From: an uncultured Acidobacteriota bacterium | GTDB taxonomy: Bacteria > Acidobacteriota > UBA6911 | DNA: 64,000 nucleotides | Reading direction: 5' to 3' | Assembly: GCA_963827655.1 (NCBI GenBank) | Contig: CAWHCF010000051.1 | Span: 1 to 64,000 of the forward strand | Part shown: piece by piece, positions 22,094 through 32,173 of the stretch | How positions within the stretch are numbered: position 1 is the stretch's first letter | Layout: each line of letters begins with the position of its first letter | Made by a program: the position numbers and the translations under genes | Notes under the pieces: model-generated | The model's database searches: none | Seen by the model: the letters and a program-made list of their open reading frames with translations, nothing else | What the model was told of the DNA's origin: nothing

Positions 22094-23676
22094 TCAGTAT
22101 GCCACGACCGGGAGAGTGGCGAACTCGTTACTTGTGAAAAGCAGGGCAAGAGCGGCCACCGGCCCGGTGCTTATCGCAGTCACGGTTCCGCGGAAGGTAA
22201 ACGTGACAATATCCGCAGTGGGAAATACCTGCGTCAAAAAAGCTGCGAATTGCCCGCGCGGCGGAAGGCTGAGGGTGCGGCTTGCCAGATCGGCGCCGGT
22301 TTCGTTACGCAGGACCAGCGTAACGGTCACCGCCGTCTCCGTGGTATTGCTCAGGGCAATGCCGCTGTCGATCTGACCGAAGGGATCTCTCTGCACGGCC
22401 ACGAAGAACCGCGCCAGCGGAGGACTTGCGCCCACGGCGGCAAGGCCTCGAAATCCCGGCAATGAGCTGGCAAACAAAACCGTGCCGCTCGCCGGGAAGT
22501 TCCGAGGAGATCAGAAGAGAGCCGACTCTCAGAGTGGAGCCAGGATCAGCGCTGCGCAAGGTCAGAGAACCCAGCGCATCCACGAGCGCAGTGGCTTTGC
22601 TGCGTGTGCTTCCACCCAGATCCGCCTGCAGCGGATTTCCGCTCTGATCGAACAATTCCGCCGTGACCAGCGACGATCGACCCTCCACAGGATTGCCGAC
22701 CACGGTCTCTGTTGAGATTCCACTCCCTGAGGCGAAGTGAGCAAAGAACAACTTCTCGGGCTGAACTACAAAGGCCTCGTTGGCGCCGGTGTGGCTCCCC
22801 CCGCCCGCCTGCGTGGCCCCGGCCGGTATGTAGATTCGATTGCCGATGGCCGCGGCGCCGATCCCGTGCCTGGGCGTCGGCATAGGATCAAGCGACTTCC
22901 AGGAATCGGTCGCCGGGTCATAAACCTCCGCCTCCTGGAATATGCCGATCGGGCTGTTGGGATTTCCTTCGCCGCCGAATGTATAGAACTTGTCCCGGAC
23001 AACGGCGCCGGCATGTCCCGAGCGGGCCGTCAGCATCGGGGCCCTGGGCGTCCAGGTGTTGGTGGCGGGATCGAAGACTTCGAGCGCAGCAAGATTTCCC
23101 GGCCTGCCTCCGGCGACATACAGTTTTCCGCCAATGGTTCCAGCGGCCAGGTGATTACGGCCCGTCGGCATCGGCGGAAGCTGCGTCCACATGCCGGTAG
23201 CGGGATCGTAGACTTCGAGTTCCCGTCCGGTCACACCGGTGCCGGCGCCGCCGACTGCATAGATTTTTCCCGAGATTGCCACAGAACCGAGCGCATTTCT
23301 CGCCGTCGGCATCGAGGGGCGCGGGGTCCACTGATCCGTGGCCGGGTCGTATTCGAACAGGGCGTTGGTAGAACCGTTCGCCGTGTTTCCACCCATGACG
23401 TAGAGTTTCCCACCCAGTGAAGTCGCTCCCGGATGATCGACCGCGATCGGAAGCGAGGCCACAATCCTCCAGGTATTGGTCGCAGGATCGTACTCCTGCA
23501 CTCGGTTGGTCGAGGGGAGCCCGCCAACGATATAAATCTTGCCGTTGAGCTCGGCCGCTCCCACTTCCTGCCGGGGATCGCCCGCGGGCGCAAGAGCGAT
23601 CCAGGCTCCCTCGGCGGCAAACAGCCGTGTAATGCACAGGGCTGAGAAGAATTGAAGACCCGATGAGTTTCGCCAT
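22094..23676 (-). CDS. Secreted Kelch-repeat protein with a C-terminal beta-rich domain; two frameshifts
   Basis: Six GKIY..GG...YDPATxxW repeats; the signal-like N-terminus and the C-terminal domain lie in neighbouring frames. Confidence 0.85.
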
Positions 23677-23846
23677 GAGTTCCTCCTCGAAGGATAAAAC
23701 AGAAGGACCTGTCGCCCTGATAAATATAGAGAGACGTAATCAAAAGCAAGCTATCATACCCCTGCGCTCGCACCGCGAGGCTCTGCGGTATCGCGGTGGT
23801 GGCGCAAGAAAAACCAACCACCGGGATGCGAGAAAGAGGAGGATCC

Positions 23847-24891
23847 ATGACCTGGGCGACTTTGGTACTCATCATTTTGTTTGCCCTCAGTTCGGCGCTG
23901 TGGGGAGTTCCGGCCGCGGGCGGGCTGGATATCTTCTGGTGCGACGTCGAAGGTGGTGCCGCGACCCTGATTGTGACCCCTTCACGAGAGTCGCTACTGG
24001 TCGATTCCGGCTGGCCGGGAGAGCGCGACCCGGAACGCATAGCGAAGCTGGCCCGGGAGGTTGCGGGGATCCAGCAGATCGACCATTACATCACGTCCCA
24101 CTGGCATACCGATCACTTCGGAGGTATTCAACGCCTTGCGGAGCTCATTCCGATAAAGAACTTCTACGACCACGGGTTTCCCCAATTGCCGCAGAGCGAC
24201 ATTACGCCCCAGCTGGTAGACAACTATAAACGCGCCTCCAAGGGGCAGACGACTGTCCTCAAGCCAGGCGACCAGATTCGACTGAAGCAACTCCAGGGAA
24301 CTCCAAATGTCACGCTGAGAGTGTACGCCGCCCATGGCGTGGTGTCGGGCGAGAAGAGCGACGCGGGACAGATCCGCGAATGCACGGCAAACCCGAAGCA
24401 CGAGGCCAAGGAGCTGGATAACTCCGATAATGCAAGATCGCTTGCATTCGTGCTCGCGTTTCGGCGGCTGGGAGTTCTTTGATGCCGGCGATCTCACGTG
24501 GAATGTCGAGCACAAGCTCGTTTGCCCCAAAAGCCTCGTGAGTCCGGTTGACGTGTATCAGGTGACCCATCACGGCATGGATATCAGCAATCACCCGGCC
24601 TTGATCCAGGCGCTTCAGCCGCGCGTGGCGGTGATGAACAATGGCGCAAAAAAAGGCGGAAGCGAAGCGGTGGTCCGGCTCTTGAAATCAACTCCCAGTG
24701 TCGAAGCGCTTTTCGCCGTTCATCGAAACGTGCAGACAAAACCAGAGGACAATGCGGATCCCGCTCTGACCGCCAACGACGTCGAGCAGTGCAGCGGGGA
24801 GCATGTTCGATTGTCGGTGGCCCCGGACGGGAAGAGTTACACGGTTGCGGTGCCGAGCAAGAAGACCAGCCGCACTTTTTCGACGAAATAG
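23847..24891 (+). CDS. MBL-fold metallo-hydrolase (ComEC/Rec2-like), frameshift near 24460
   Basis: DVEGGAATL, SHWHTDHFGG, DAGDL, VTHHG motifs; signal peptide; GGAGG RBS. Confidence 0.88.
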
Positions 24892-24936
24892 AGAAACCAC
24901 CAGGACGCGAAGACGCCAGAAAACACGAACGCTTGA

Positions 24937-27900
24937 TCAAAATTCCAGCTTGAGGGCCGCCTGCATGACGCGCGCCGGGGCGGTCCCGCTGATCTGACCC
25001 GCCACCGGATTTCCGATCACGGCATTCGGAACATCGAAATTCGCCCGATTGAAGGCGTTGAACATCTCCCAACGAAAGCTGAGGCGATAGCGCTCGCCGA
25101 TCGGGAAGTTCCGGTGGATACCAAGGTCGACGTTATAGTAGCCCGGGCCTTCCAGGATTCCGCGCCCGGTGTTGCCGAAAGTGAACTGCGCGGGCGTGAC
25201 AAAAGCTCCCAGGTCGAACCAGCGATCGATCGTCCGCTGGTCGCTCGGCAGGTTGCCGTCCAGCACCCGGTTTGGGCGCTCGCCGCCGCCTCCGGCGGAG
25301 TTCGAAACCGTGGCCGCCAGGGCCGGCGTAAAGCGCTGGCCGGTTGAAAAGCTCCAGATTCCCGAGAGATTCCAGTTTCCGACGATGTGCCCGAGCGCGC
25401 CGCTCCGCGCGTAGCGCCGCCCAATGCCGAAGGGCAGCTCATAGACATGATTGAGCACGCCCACGTGGGCCCGGTCGTCGGGCATTGCTCCCCATTCGCA
25501 CCGGTAGCATTGGGCGTCCTGTGGCGGCCCATTGCCTCCGCCATTGATGTTCCCGGAGTTTGACATGTACTTCGACCACGTGTAAGAGAGCGCCAGCGCC
25601 AGACCCTGGGCATAGCGGCGCTCAACCCGGGTCTGGAGCGAATGGTACTTCGACGCGCCGTAGTTGGTGCGGTATGTGATGTTGGTGACATTCGGGTTGA
25701 TCGGAAAGAAAGGCCGGCGCGGCCCTTGCGCTCCGGGTCCGGGCGACGACTGGTTGATGTTAACGTTTGAGATCAACCCGTACGTCCGGGACCCGACGTA
25801 GGAAACGTCGAGCAGCAAGTTGGGCAGAATCTCGCGCTGGATTCCAAGGCTCCACTGCATGGCTCGCGTCGCCTGGAGGTGGAAGTCCCAGGCGTTCGGA
25901 TTTCCGCCCGAAAGCTGCACGGGGTCGTTGATGTCAGGGCGGACCGGCGCCGGCATACCGTCGCTGATGCGCAGCGGCGGCACCCCGTTCTGGTCGGTGC
26001 TGATGACCTGGAGAAATGAAAAGGGAAGGTTCTTGTACAGCTGACCGCCTCCCTGGCCCGCCTCGACGTACGAGACGCCGAAGCCGCTGCGCAGGACCGT
26101 CTTCTGATCTGATGTGAGCTGGTAGGCAATGCCCATGCGGGGCGCAAGGTTGTTGGTGTCGAAGTCGCGCAGGCGGCGGCCGCTGTCCCCGCCCGCCAGG
26201 ACCAGGCGGCCCGTGGCAACATCGAAGTTCGACCAGTAGTCCTTGACCTCATAGGGCGGAGCGAACAGCTCGTAGCGCAATCCGAAGTTCCAGGTCAGCC
26301 GGTTGGTAACCCGCCAGGAATCGTCGGCGAAACCGGACAGGTTCCAGAAACGCATCCCGAAAATTCCTTCCAGGATATTGCGATTGACTCCGTTCGGCAC
26401 TCCGAGGGCGAAGTCCGCCAAAACGGTTTGAGCCGTGGTCGAGCCGATCTGGCGCGAGAACTGGCCGTTGAAGGTGTAGGCGCCGCGCGTGGGAAAGGCG
26501 GAGAAGCCGTTAAAAAGGTGGCGAACGTACATGCCGCCAAACTTCAGGGTATGGGAGCCACGAACCAACGTCATGATGTTCTCGAAATGCGCGCTCGTGG
26601 TCTGGCTTGACTCGGGGAAGGTGGAGTTATCGCCGATGACCTGAAAACCAGTGATGGAAAACGCGGGCAGGCCGCCCGACTTGTCGTTGATGTTGATCCC
26701 GGGGATCCCGAGAGCATCGGCCGTGGCGAAGGGATTTCCCAGCGGATCGATGAACTGGTTCCAGCGCACGACCCCCAGGCGGCTCTCGTTCACCGTGGCG
26801 GCGCCGAGCACCTTGGTGAAGTTGAGCGTGGCCGATTGGTTCTTCAGAGGCACAGTGGTTCCCGACTCCGGGCCGGTTGCCGAGAGAAAGGGACCGATCG
26901 GAACTCCGCCGGCGTTGTCAACAGGAAGCGCCCCCGGCACCGTCAGGTCCGTGTCATCGAAGCTGTACTTGAAGAAGAGCCGATCGGAGCTTCCGACGTT
27001 CTGATCGATCCTGACATCGAACTGGTCTGTGCGCTGCGAAAGCGTCGGATTGAAAACGAAGTTTCGCGTCGCCGCCGGCGAGGTTGGGGCCGGCAGCAAG
27101 GCCATCAGCTTGAGGGCGGCCGGATCCAGACGCGCAAGCGGGATGCGGTTTCCGGGGAAGGGCTCGCGGGCCGTCGTACTCCCCGGGACCAGGCTGTAAG
27201 GATCGTAGATGGGGACGCCGAGCCCGGCGAAATCGCCGGTTGCGACCATCTGGCGCTGGGCCAGTGTCGGTATGGTGGAAGTGACCGTCCGCGGCTGCCG
27301 GATCCGGATTCCCTGGTAGTCGGCAAAGAAGAAGGTACGGCCGCGAGCGAGCGGTCCGCCCACTGTGCCGCCAAACTCGTTGCGGCGGAAGGCTGGCCGC
27401 GGCAGCCCGGCGCGGTTATTGAAAAACGTGTTGGCGTCAAGTTTGTCGTTGCGCAGAAACTCGTACAGGCCGCCGTGAAACTCGTTTGTTCCCGAGCGCG
27501 ACTGTACCACCGTGACGGCGCCGGCGGCGGTCCCGTATTCGGCCGAGTAGTTGCTGGTCAGAACGCGAATCTCCTGGATGGAGTCGACGGTAGGGACCAT
27601 TATCAAGGTGTTGAGCCAGAGGTTTCGGTTCCCGATCCCGTCAATCAGGTAGCTGTTATTCTGGGCGCTGGAGCCGTTGACACTGATGTTTGTGCTCCCC
27701 CTCATCGCGTAGGGAGAGGTTTCGAGATTGCCGCTGGATCCGGTGTGCGCGCCAGGCGCAAGCAGCATCAGCGAGGTGAAGGTGCGGCCGTTGAGAGGCA
27801 TGTTCGTCATTTCCTGGTTGGTGACGAGGTTCGAGACGGCAGCGGTCTGCGACTGAAGCAGGGGGGCGGTCGCCACCACTTCCAGCGTCTCGGAGACCTG

Positions 27901-28242
27901 GCCGACCCGCAGCTCGAGGTTCACCGTGAGGGTGTCGGCCGCGGTGAGCTCGAAACCCGAACGGACCAGCTTCTGAAATCCGGGCATCTCCACCGTGATC
28001 GTGTACGCGCCGGTAGGGATTGAGTAGGCGACGTACTGCCCGCTCGAATTGGCTTCGACCCTGCGGCTGAACGCCGTGGCGTCGTTGGTCAAAACCACGA
28101 CGGCGCCGGGAATAACCGCCCCTCCCTGGTCGCTGACGGTGCCCACGATCGTTCCGCTCAAGGCCTGAGCAAAGGAGAAGGCCGCCAACAACACGACAAA
28201 TGCGCCCGGAAGGACGCCTCGCAGCAACAGAAGCTTCGACAT
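24937..28242 (-). CDS. Oar-like TonB-dependent receptor
   Basis: Intact ~1100 aa ORF: signal peptide, GTIVGTVSD, MPLNGR, SGTNEFHG..YEFLRN, DDSWRV, FRWEMFN, terminal LKLEF. Confidence 0.93.
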   Translation of the reverse strand: MSKLLLLRGVLPGAFVVLLAAFSFAQALSGTIVGTVSDQGGAVIPGAVVVLTNDATAFSRRVEANSSGQYVAYSIPTGAYTITVEMPGFQKLVRSGFELTAADTLTVNLELRVGQVSETLEVVATAPLLQSQTAAVSNLVTNQEMTNMPLNGRTFTSLMLLAPGAHTGSSGNLETSPYAMRGSTNISVNGSSAQNNSYLIDGIGNRNLWLNTLIMVPTVDSIQEIRVLTSNYSAEYGTAAGAVTVVQSRSGTNEFHGGLYEFLRNDKLDANTFFNNRAGLPRPAFRRNEFGGTVGGPLARGRTFFFADYQGIRIRQPRTVTSTIPTLAQRQMVATGDFAGLGVPIYDPYSLVPGSTTAREPFPGNRIPLARLDPAALKLMALLPAPTSPAATRNFVFNPTLSQRTDQFDVRIDQNVGSSDRLFFKYSFDDTDLTVPGALPVDNAGGVPIGPFLSATGPESGTTVPLKNQSATLNFTKVLGAATVNESRLGVVRWNQFIDPLGNPFATADALGIPGININDKSGGLPAFSITGFQVIGDNSTFPESSQTTSAHFENIMTLVRGSHTLKFGGMYVRHLFNGFSAFPTRGAYTFNGQFSRQIGSTTAQTVLADFALGVPNGVNRNILEGIFGMRFWNLSGFADDSWRVTNRLTWNFGLRYELFAPPYEVKDYWSNFDVATGRLVLAGGDSGRRLRDFDTNNLAPRMGIAYQLTSDQKTVLRSGFGVSYVEAGQGGGQLYKNLPFSFLQVISTDQNGVPPLRISDGMPAPVRPDINDPVQLSGGNPNAWDFHLQATRAMQWSLGIQREILPNLLLDVSYVGSRTYGLISNVNINQSSPGPGAQGPRRPFFPINPNVTNITYRTNYGASKYHSLQTRVERRYAQGLALALSYTWSKYMSNSGNINGGGNGPPQDAQCYRCEWGAMPDDRAHVGVLNHVYELPFGIGRRYARSGALGHIVGNWNLSGIWSFSTGQRFTPALAATVSNSAGGGGERPNRVLDGNLPSDQRTIDRWFDLGAFVTPAQFTFGNTGRGILEGPGYYNVDLGIHRNFPIGERYRLSFRWEMFNAFNRANFDVPNAVIGNPVAGQISGTAPARVMQAALKLEF

Positions 28243-28290
28243 GATTTTCTCTCCTTTATTGCGCTGGTGCTTAACCGATTTTTGGAGAAC

Positions 28291-28440
28291 CGTCCCCGTT
28301 CCCGTTCCCCGTTCCCGTTCCCGGTCAATCAAGTATAGCTGCGGATTCAGTCGCTAACCCACTGGGCCTGAGATATCGGGGTCGTAAACGGCATTACTAT
28401 AGGATACCGCCGGAAAAACGGGAACGGAAACGGGAACGTG
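28291..28440. repeat. CCCGTT-hexamer inverted-arm element between divergent genes
   Basis: (CCCGTT)n at 28291-28322 and (AACGGG/AACGGA)n at 28417-28438. Confidence 0.8.
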
Positions 28441-28515
28441 TACGAGGAGGAAATCCCCAGTTTGTAAAGCACCCTTCTTTGCCTCTTGCCATCTTCGTGG
28501 TAAGTTGTCCTTCCT

Positions 28516-29058
28516 ATGTCGATTCTTCGATTCCTGGGGTTGGACCCGGCGAGGTCCGCGCCCTCACAGAGTTCGGCTGAAACTGAGACGGTGCGCAAGA
28601 TCGTGGGCGCGCTGGATAAGCTTGAACCTGAACGGGCGAAGTTCATCGCGTCGTTTGCCTACATCCTGAGCCGCGCCGCACGCGCCGATCTTCATATCAG
28701 TCCCGAAGAGACCCATGCGATGGAGCAGATCGTCATGGAAAAGGGGGGACTGCCGGAGGAGCAGGCTGTTATCGTGGTTCAGATGGCCAAGACTCAGAGC
28801 ATTCTTTTTGGCGCGACCGAGAACTATCTGGTCACACGCGAATTCAACAACATCGCAACACGAGAAGAGAAGATGGCGCTGCTTCACTGTCTGTTTGCGG
28901 TCTCCTCGGCAGACCAATCGGTCAGCACCGTCGAAGACAGCGAGATCCGGCAGATAGCCAGCGAGCTGAAAATCGAGCACCCAGACTTCATCACGGTACG
29001 GACTTCTTACCGGGAACACCTGGCGGTCTTGAAAAAGCCTCCGGTTACAGAACGCTGA
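28516..29058 (+). CDS. TerB-family (tellurite-resistance-like) protein
   Basis: ARADLHISPEE and LFAVSSADQSVSTVEDSEIRQIASEL, the paired AD..E motifs of the TerB fold. Confidence 0.8.
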   Translation: MSILRFLGLDPARSAPSQSSAETETVRKIVGALDKLEPERAKFIASFAYILSRAARADLHISPEETHAMEQIVMEKGGLPEEQAVIVVQMAKTQSILFGATENYLVTREFNNIATREEKMALLHCLFAVSSADQSVSTVEDSEIRQIASELKIEHPDFITVRTSYREHLAVLKKPPVTER

Positions 29059-29120
29059 AGCCGGCCTTTCCTTGCGTCGACCATCGAGTTCACGACGCCA
29101 AGACGCAATCAGGAGCTGCC

Positions 29121-30485
29121 ATGAAGCGATACAGTGCACCGAGAGCGTTGTTGTTTTTCGGGTTGCTTTTCGCCCTGGCCTCACCTCCCCGGCTGGGTGC
29201 TCTTCTCGCGCAGGCGAGCCAGGGACTGCCATCGGGCAAGCCCGAGGAGGTGGGGATGTCGTCGGATCGCCTGGCGCGAATCCGGGTCGCGATGCAGCGT
29301 TACGTCGATCGCAAGGACGTTCCCGGTGTCGTCACGCTGGTTGCCCGTCACGGCCGCGTGGTCCATTTCGAAGCCCTTGGCTACCGGGATGTCGAGGGCA
29401 AATCACCGATGACCGGCGACGCGATTTTTCGCATTGCCTCTATGACCAAGCCGATCACTTCGGTGGCCGCAATGATGCTTTTCGAGGAGGGACATTTTCT
29501 CCTTTCCGATCCGATTTCCAAATGGCTGCCGGAGTTCTCCCAGATGAGGGTAGCTCAGCTCCCGTCTCCCGGGGAGCGAGTCGGCGCGCCCTACAAGCTG
29601 GTACCGGCGGCGCGGCCGATTACCATTCGCAATCTGCTGACTCATACGGCCGGCCTCCCCAATGCCTATCGCGGATTAACCCAGGCTGAATATCTCAAAG
29701 CCTCGCCGCGGCAAAATCCGGCTGAAACGGTCGCCGACGTCATCCGGCGCGTTGCGAAGCTGCCCCTGAACTTTCACCCGGGAGATGCCTGGGAATACGG
29801 CCCGGCAACCGACGTGGTCGGCCGGCTGGTGGAGGTAGTCTCGGGAAAGACCCTGGATGAATTCTTTCGCGAGCGGATTTTCAAGCCGTTGAAGATGGTC
29901 GATACCCACTTTTACCTGCCCAAGTCGAAGTTAGGGCGCTTCTGCGCCCAGTACGAACCCGACGAGAACAAGAAAATCAAGCTGGCCGACGCGCCCAACA
30001 CAGAGAGCCGATTTGTGAAAGAACCCCATGTCTACCATGCCGGAGCCGGGGGTTTAGTCTCCACCGCGACGGACTATCTTCGTTTTCACCAGATGATGCT
30101 GAACGGTGGGGAACTGGATGGTGTGCGCCTTCTCGGACGCAAGACGGTTGAATTGATGACCTCCAACCACATCGGTGATCTTCCGATCTGGCTCACCGGA
30201 CCCGGTTTTGGATTCGGCCTCGGGTATTCGGTTGTCACCGACGTGGGAAAAACCGGTCAGCCGGGATCGGTCGGGAACTACGGCTGGGGAGGCGCGTTTT
30301 GCACGTATTTTTCCGTGGACCCTTCCGAGGGAATGATCGCGATTCTCATGACGCAGGTGCGTCCTTACGACCACCTCAATATTCGCCAGGAATTCCTGGT
30401 TCTGGCCAACCAGGCGATCGTCGACCCGGGCAATCGAAAGACCGCGCCGGCCTCTTACGGTCCTGTTTCTGCGAACAATCGCTGA
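29121..30485 (+). CDS. Serine hydrolase, beta-lactamase class C-like family
   Basis: FRIASMTK (SxxK), LLTHTAG, PGDAWEYG, GWGG; signal peptide. Confidence 0.92.
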   Translation: MKRYSAPRALLFFGLLFALASPPRLGALLAQASQGLPSGKPEEVGMSSDRLARIRVAMQRYVDRKDVPGVVTLVARHGRVVHFEALGYRDVEGKSPMTGDAIFRIASMTKPITSVAAMMLFEEGHFLLSDPISKWLPEFSQMRVAQLPSPGERVGAPYKLVPAARPITIRNLLTHTAGLPNAYRGLTQAEYLKASPRQNPAETVADVIRRVAKLPLNFHPGDAWEYGPATDVVGRLVEVVSGKTLDEFFRERIFKPLKMVDTHFYLPKSKLGRFCAQYEPDENKKIKLADAPNTESRFVKEPHVYHAGAGGLVSTATDYLRFHQMMLNGGELDGVRLLGRKTVELMTSNHIGDLPIWLTGPGFGFGLGYSVVTDVGKTGQPGSVGNYGWGGAFCTYFSVDPSEGMIAILMTQVRPYDHLNIRQEFLVLANQAIVDPGNRKTAPASYGPVSANNR

Positions 30486-30524
30486 CCAAGAAGACGAAGA
30501 CGCCAAGAAGAAGAGAGGAAACGA

Positions 30525-32120
30525 ATGCGCACCTTCAGAAGACTTTGCTCGATTTCGTTACTGGCGCTCCTGGTAAACACCGGCGTGCCCGTCGCCCAGG
30601 ACAGTCAGGGCAGGCTCGAGGCCTTGAAGCGCGAGGCCGCGAACCAAGTGGATTCGATGAAGGACTTCACGCAGCAAGTTGTGGACATGATTTTCAGCTT
30701 CGGCGAACTTGGCTTTCAGGAGGTTGAAACCTCCAAGTATTGCATCGACATTCTCAAGAAGAACGGCTTCCAGGTCCAGGAAGGTATTGCGGGAATTCCG
30801 ACGGCTTGGATGGCGAGCTGGGGATCCGGGAAACCTGTCATTGCCCTGGGATCGGACATCGACGGAATTCCTCAAGCTTCTCAGAAGCCCGGGGTCTCTT
30901 ATCGCGATCCGCTGATCGTGGGGGCGCCGGGGCACGGTGAGGGACACAATTCGGGTCAGGCGGTCAATATTACGGCGGCTCTCGCAATCAAGAAGCTGAT
31001 GGAGCGGGAGCGCCTCCCCGGAACGGTTCGTCTCTGGCCTGGAGTTGCCGAAGAGCTGCTCGGCACGAAGGCCTATTTCGTGCGCGAGGGCTGCTTCAAG
31101 GACGTGGACGTCGCTATCTTTTCCCATGTCAGCGATAACTTGAGCGTTTCGTATGGCTCCGAATCGGGTAACGGGTTGGTGTCCGTGGAGTACACGTTTC
31201 AAGGAGAGAGCGCCCATTCCGCGGGGGCTCCATGGCGAGGCCGCAGCGCGCTCGACGCGGTCGAACTCCTGAACATCGCCTGGAACTTCAGGCGCGAACA
31301 TCTGCGAATCCAGCAGCGTTCCCACTATGTCATCACCAATGGCGGTGACCAGCCCAACGTCGTGCCGTCGAACGCCGCCGTCTGGTACTACTTTCGCGAG
31401 ACCGACTACCCGCGCACCAAGGAGCTGCTCGAAATGGGGAACACGATGGCGCAGGCGGCCGGGATGATGACGGCCACGAAAGTCAACTGGCGCATACTCG
31501 GTTCGGCCTGGCCCCAGCATTTCAACAAGCCGATCGCAGAATCCGCCTACGAGAACATCACCAAAGTGGGCCTGCCGCAATGGAGCGAAGCCGACCAGAT
31601 TCTGGCCAAGGCAGTCCAGCTCGAGGTGAAATCGGAGGAAAAGGGACTGAATACTGAACTTGCCAAACTGGAGGAACCGATCAAGGAGGAAAACAAGCGG
31701 GGCGGCGGTTCGGACGATATCGGGGATGTCTCATGGTCGGTGCCTACGGTGACGCTGCGATACCCGTCAAATATCCCGGGGTTACCGGGTCACAACTGGA
31801 TCAACGCCGTTGCCATGGCGACTCCTATCGCTCACAAAGGAGCCACGGCGGGAGCCAAGGTGATGGCCATGACAATGCTCGATATCCTGCTGAAGCCGGC
31901 GCTGGTCGAGCAGTCGTGGGAGTATTTCCGCAAGGTTCAAACTAAAGACACGAAATATACGCCTTTCATTGGTCCCCAGGACCGGCCGGCAATCGAGCTG
32001 AACACGAAGGTGATGGAGCGTTACCGTCCGGAGATGCGCAAGTACTACTTCAACCCCGCCCGGCACAAAACCTACCTCGAGCAATTGGGAATCAGCTATC
32101 CCACGGTGAAGAAGCCGTAG
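30525..32120 (+). CDS. Secreted M20 amidohydrolase (AbgB-like)
   Basis: ELGFQE, GHGEGHN, AEE, AHSAGAPWRGRSALDA, GGDQPNVVP, GSDDIGDVSW. Confidence 0.88.
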   Translation: MRTFRRLCSISLLALLVNTGVPVAQDSQGRLEALKREAANQVDSMKDFTQQVVDMIFSFGELGFQEVETSKYCIDILKKNGFQVQEGIAGIPTAWMASWGSGKPVIALGSDIDGIPQASQKPGVSYRDPLIVGAPGHGEGHNSGQAVNITAALAIKKLMERERLPGTVRLWPGVAEELLGTKAYFVREGCFKDVDVAIFSHVSDNLSVSYGSESGNGLVSVEYTFQGESAHSAGAPWRGRSALDAVELLNIAWNFRREHLRIQQRSHYVITNGGDQPNVVPSNAAVWYYFRETDYPRTKELLEMGNTMAQAAGMMTATKVNWRILGSAWPQHFNKPIAESAYENITKVGLPQWSEADQILAKAVQLEVKSEEKGLNTELAKLEEPIKEENKRGGGSDDIGDVSWSVPTVTLRYPSNIPGLPGHNWINAVAMATPIAHKGATAGAKVMAMTMLDILLKPALVEQSWEYFRKVQTKDTKYTPFIGPQDRPAIELNTKVMERYRPEMRKYYFNPARHKTYLEQLGISYPTVKKP

Positions 32121-32173
32121 CTAGTTTTGTGTTTCTTCGCGTCCTCGCGTCTTAGTGGTTGTTTTTTTCATGT

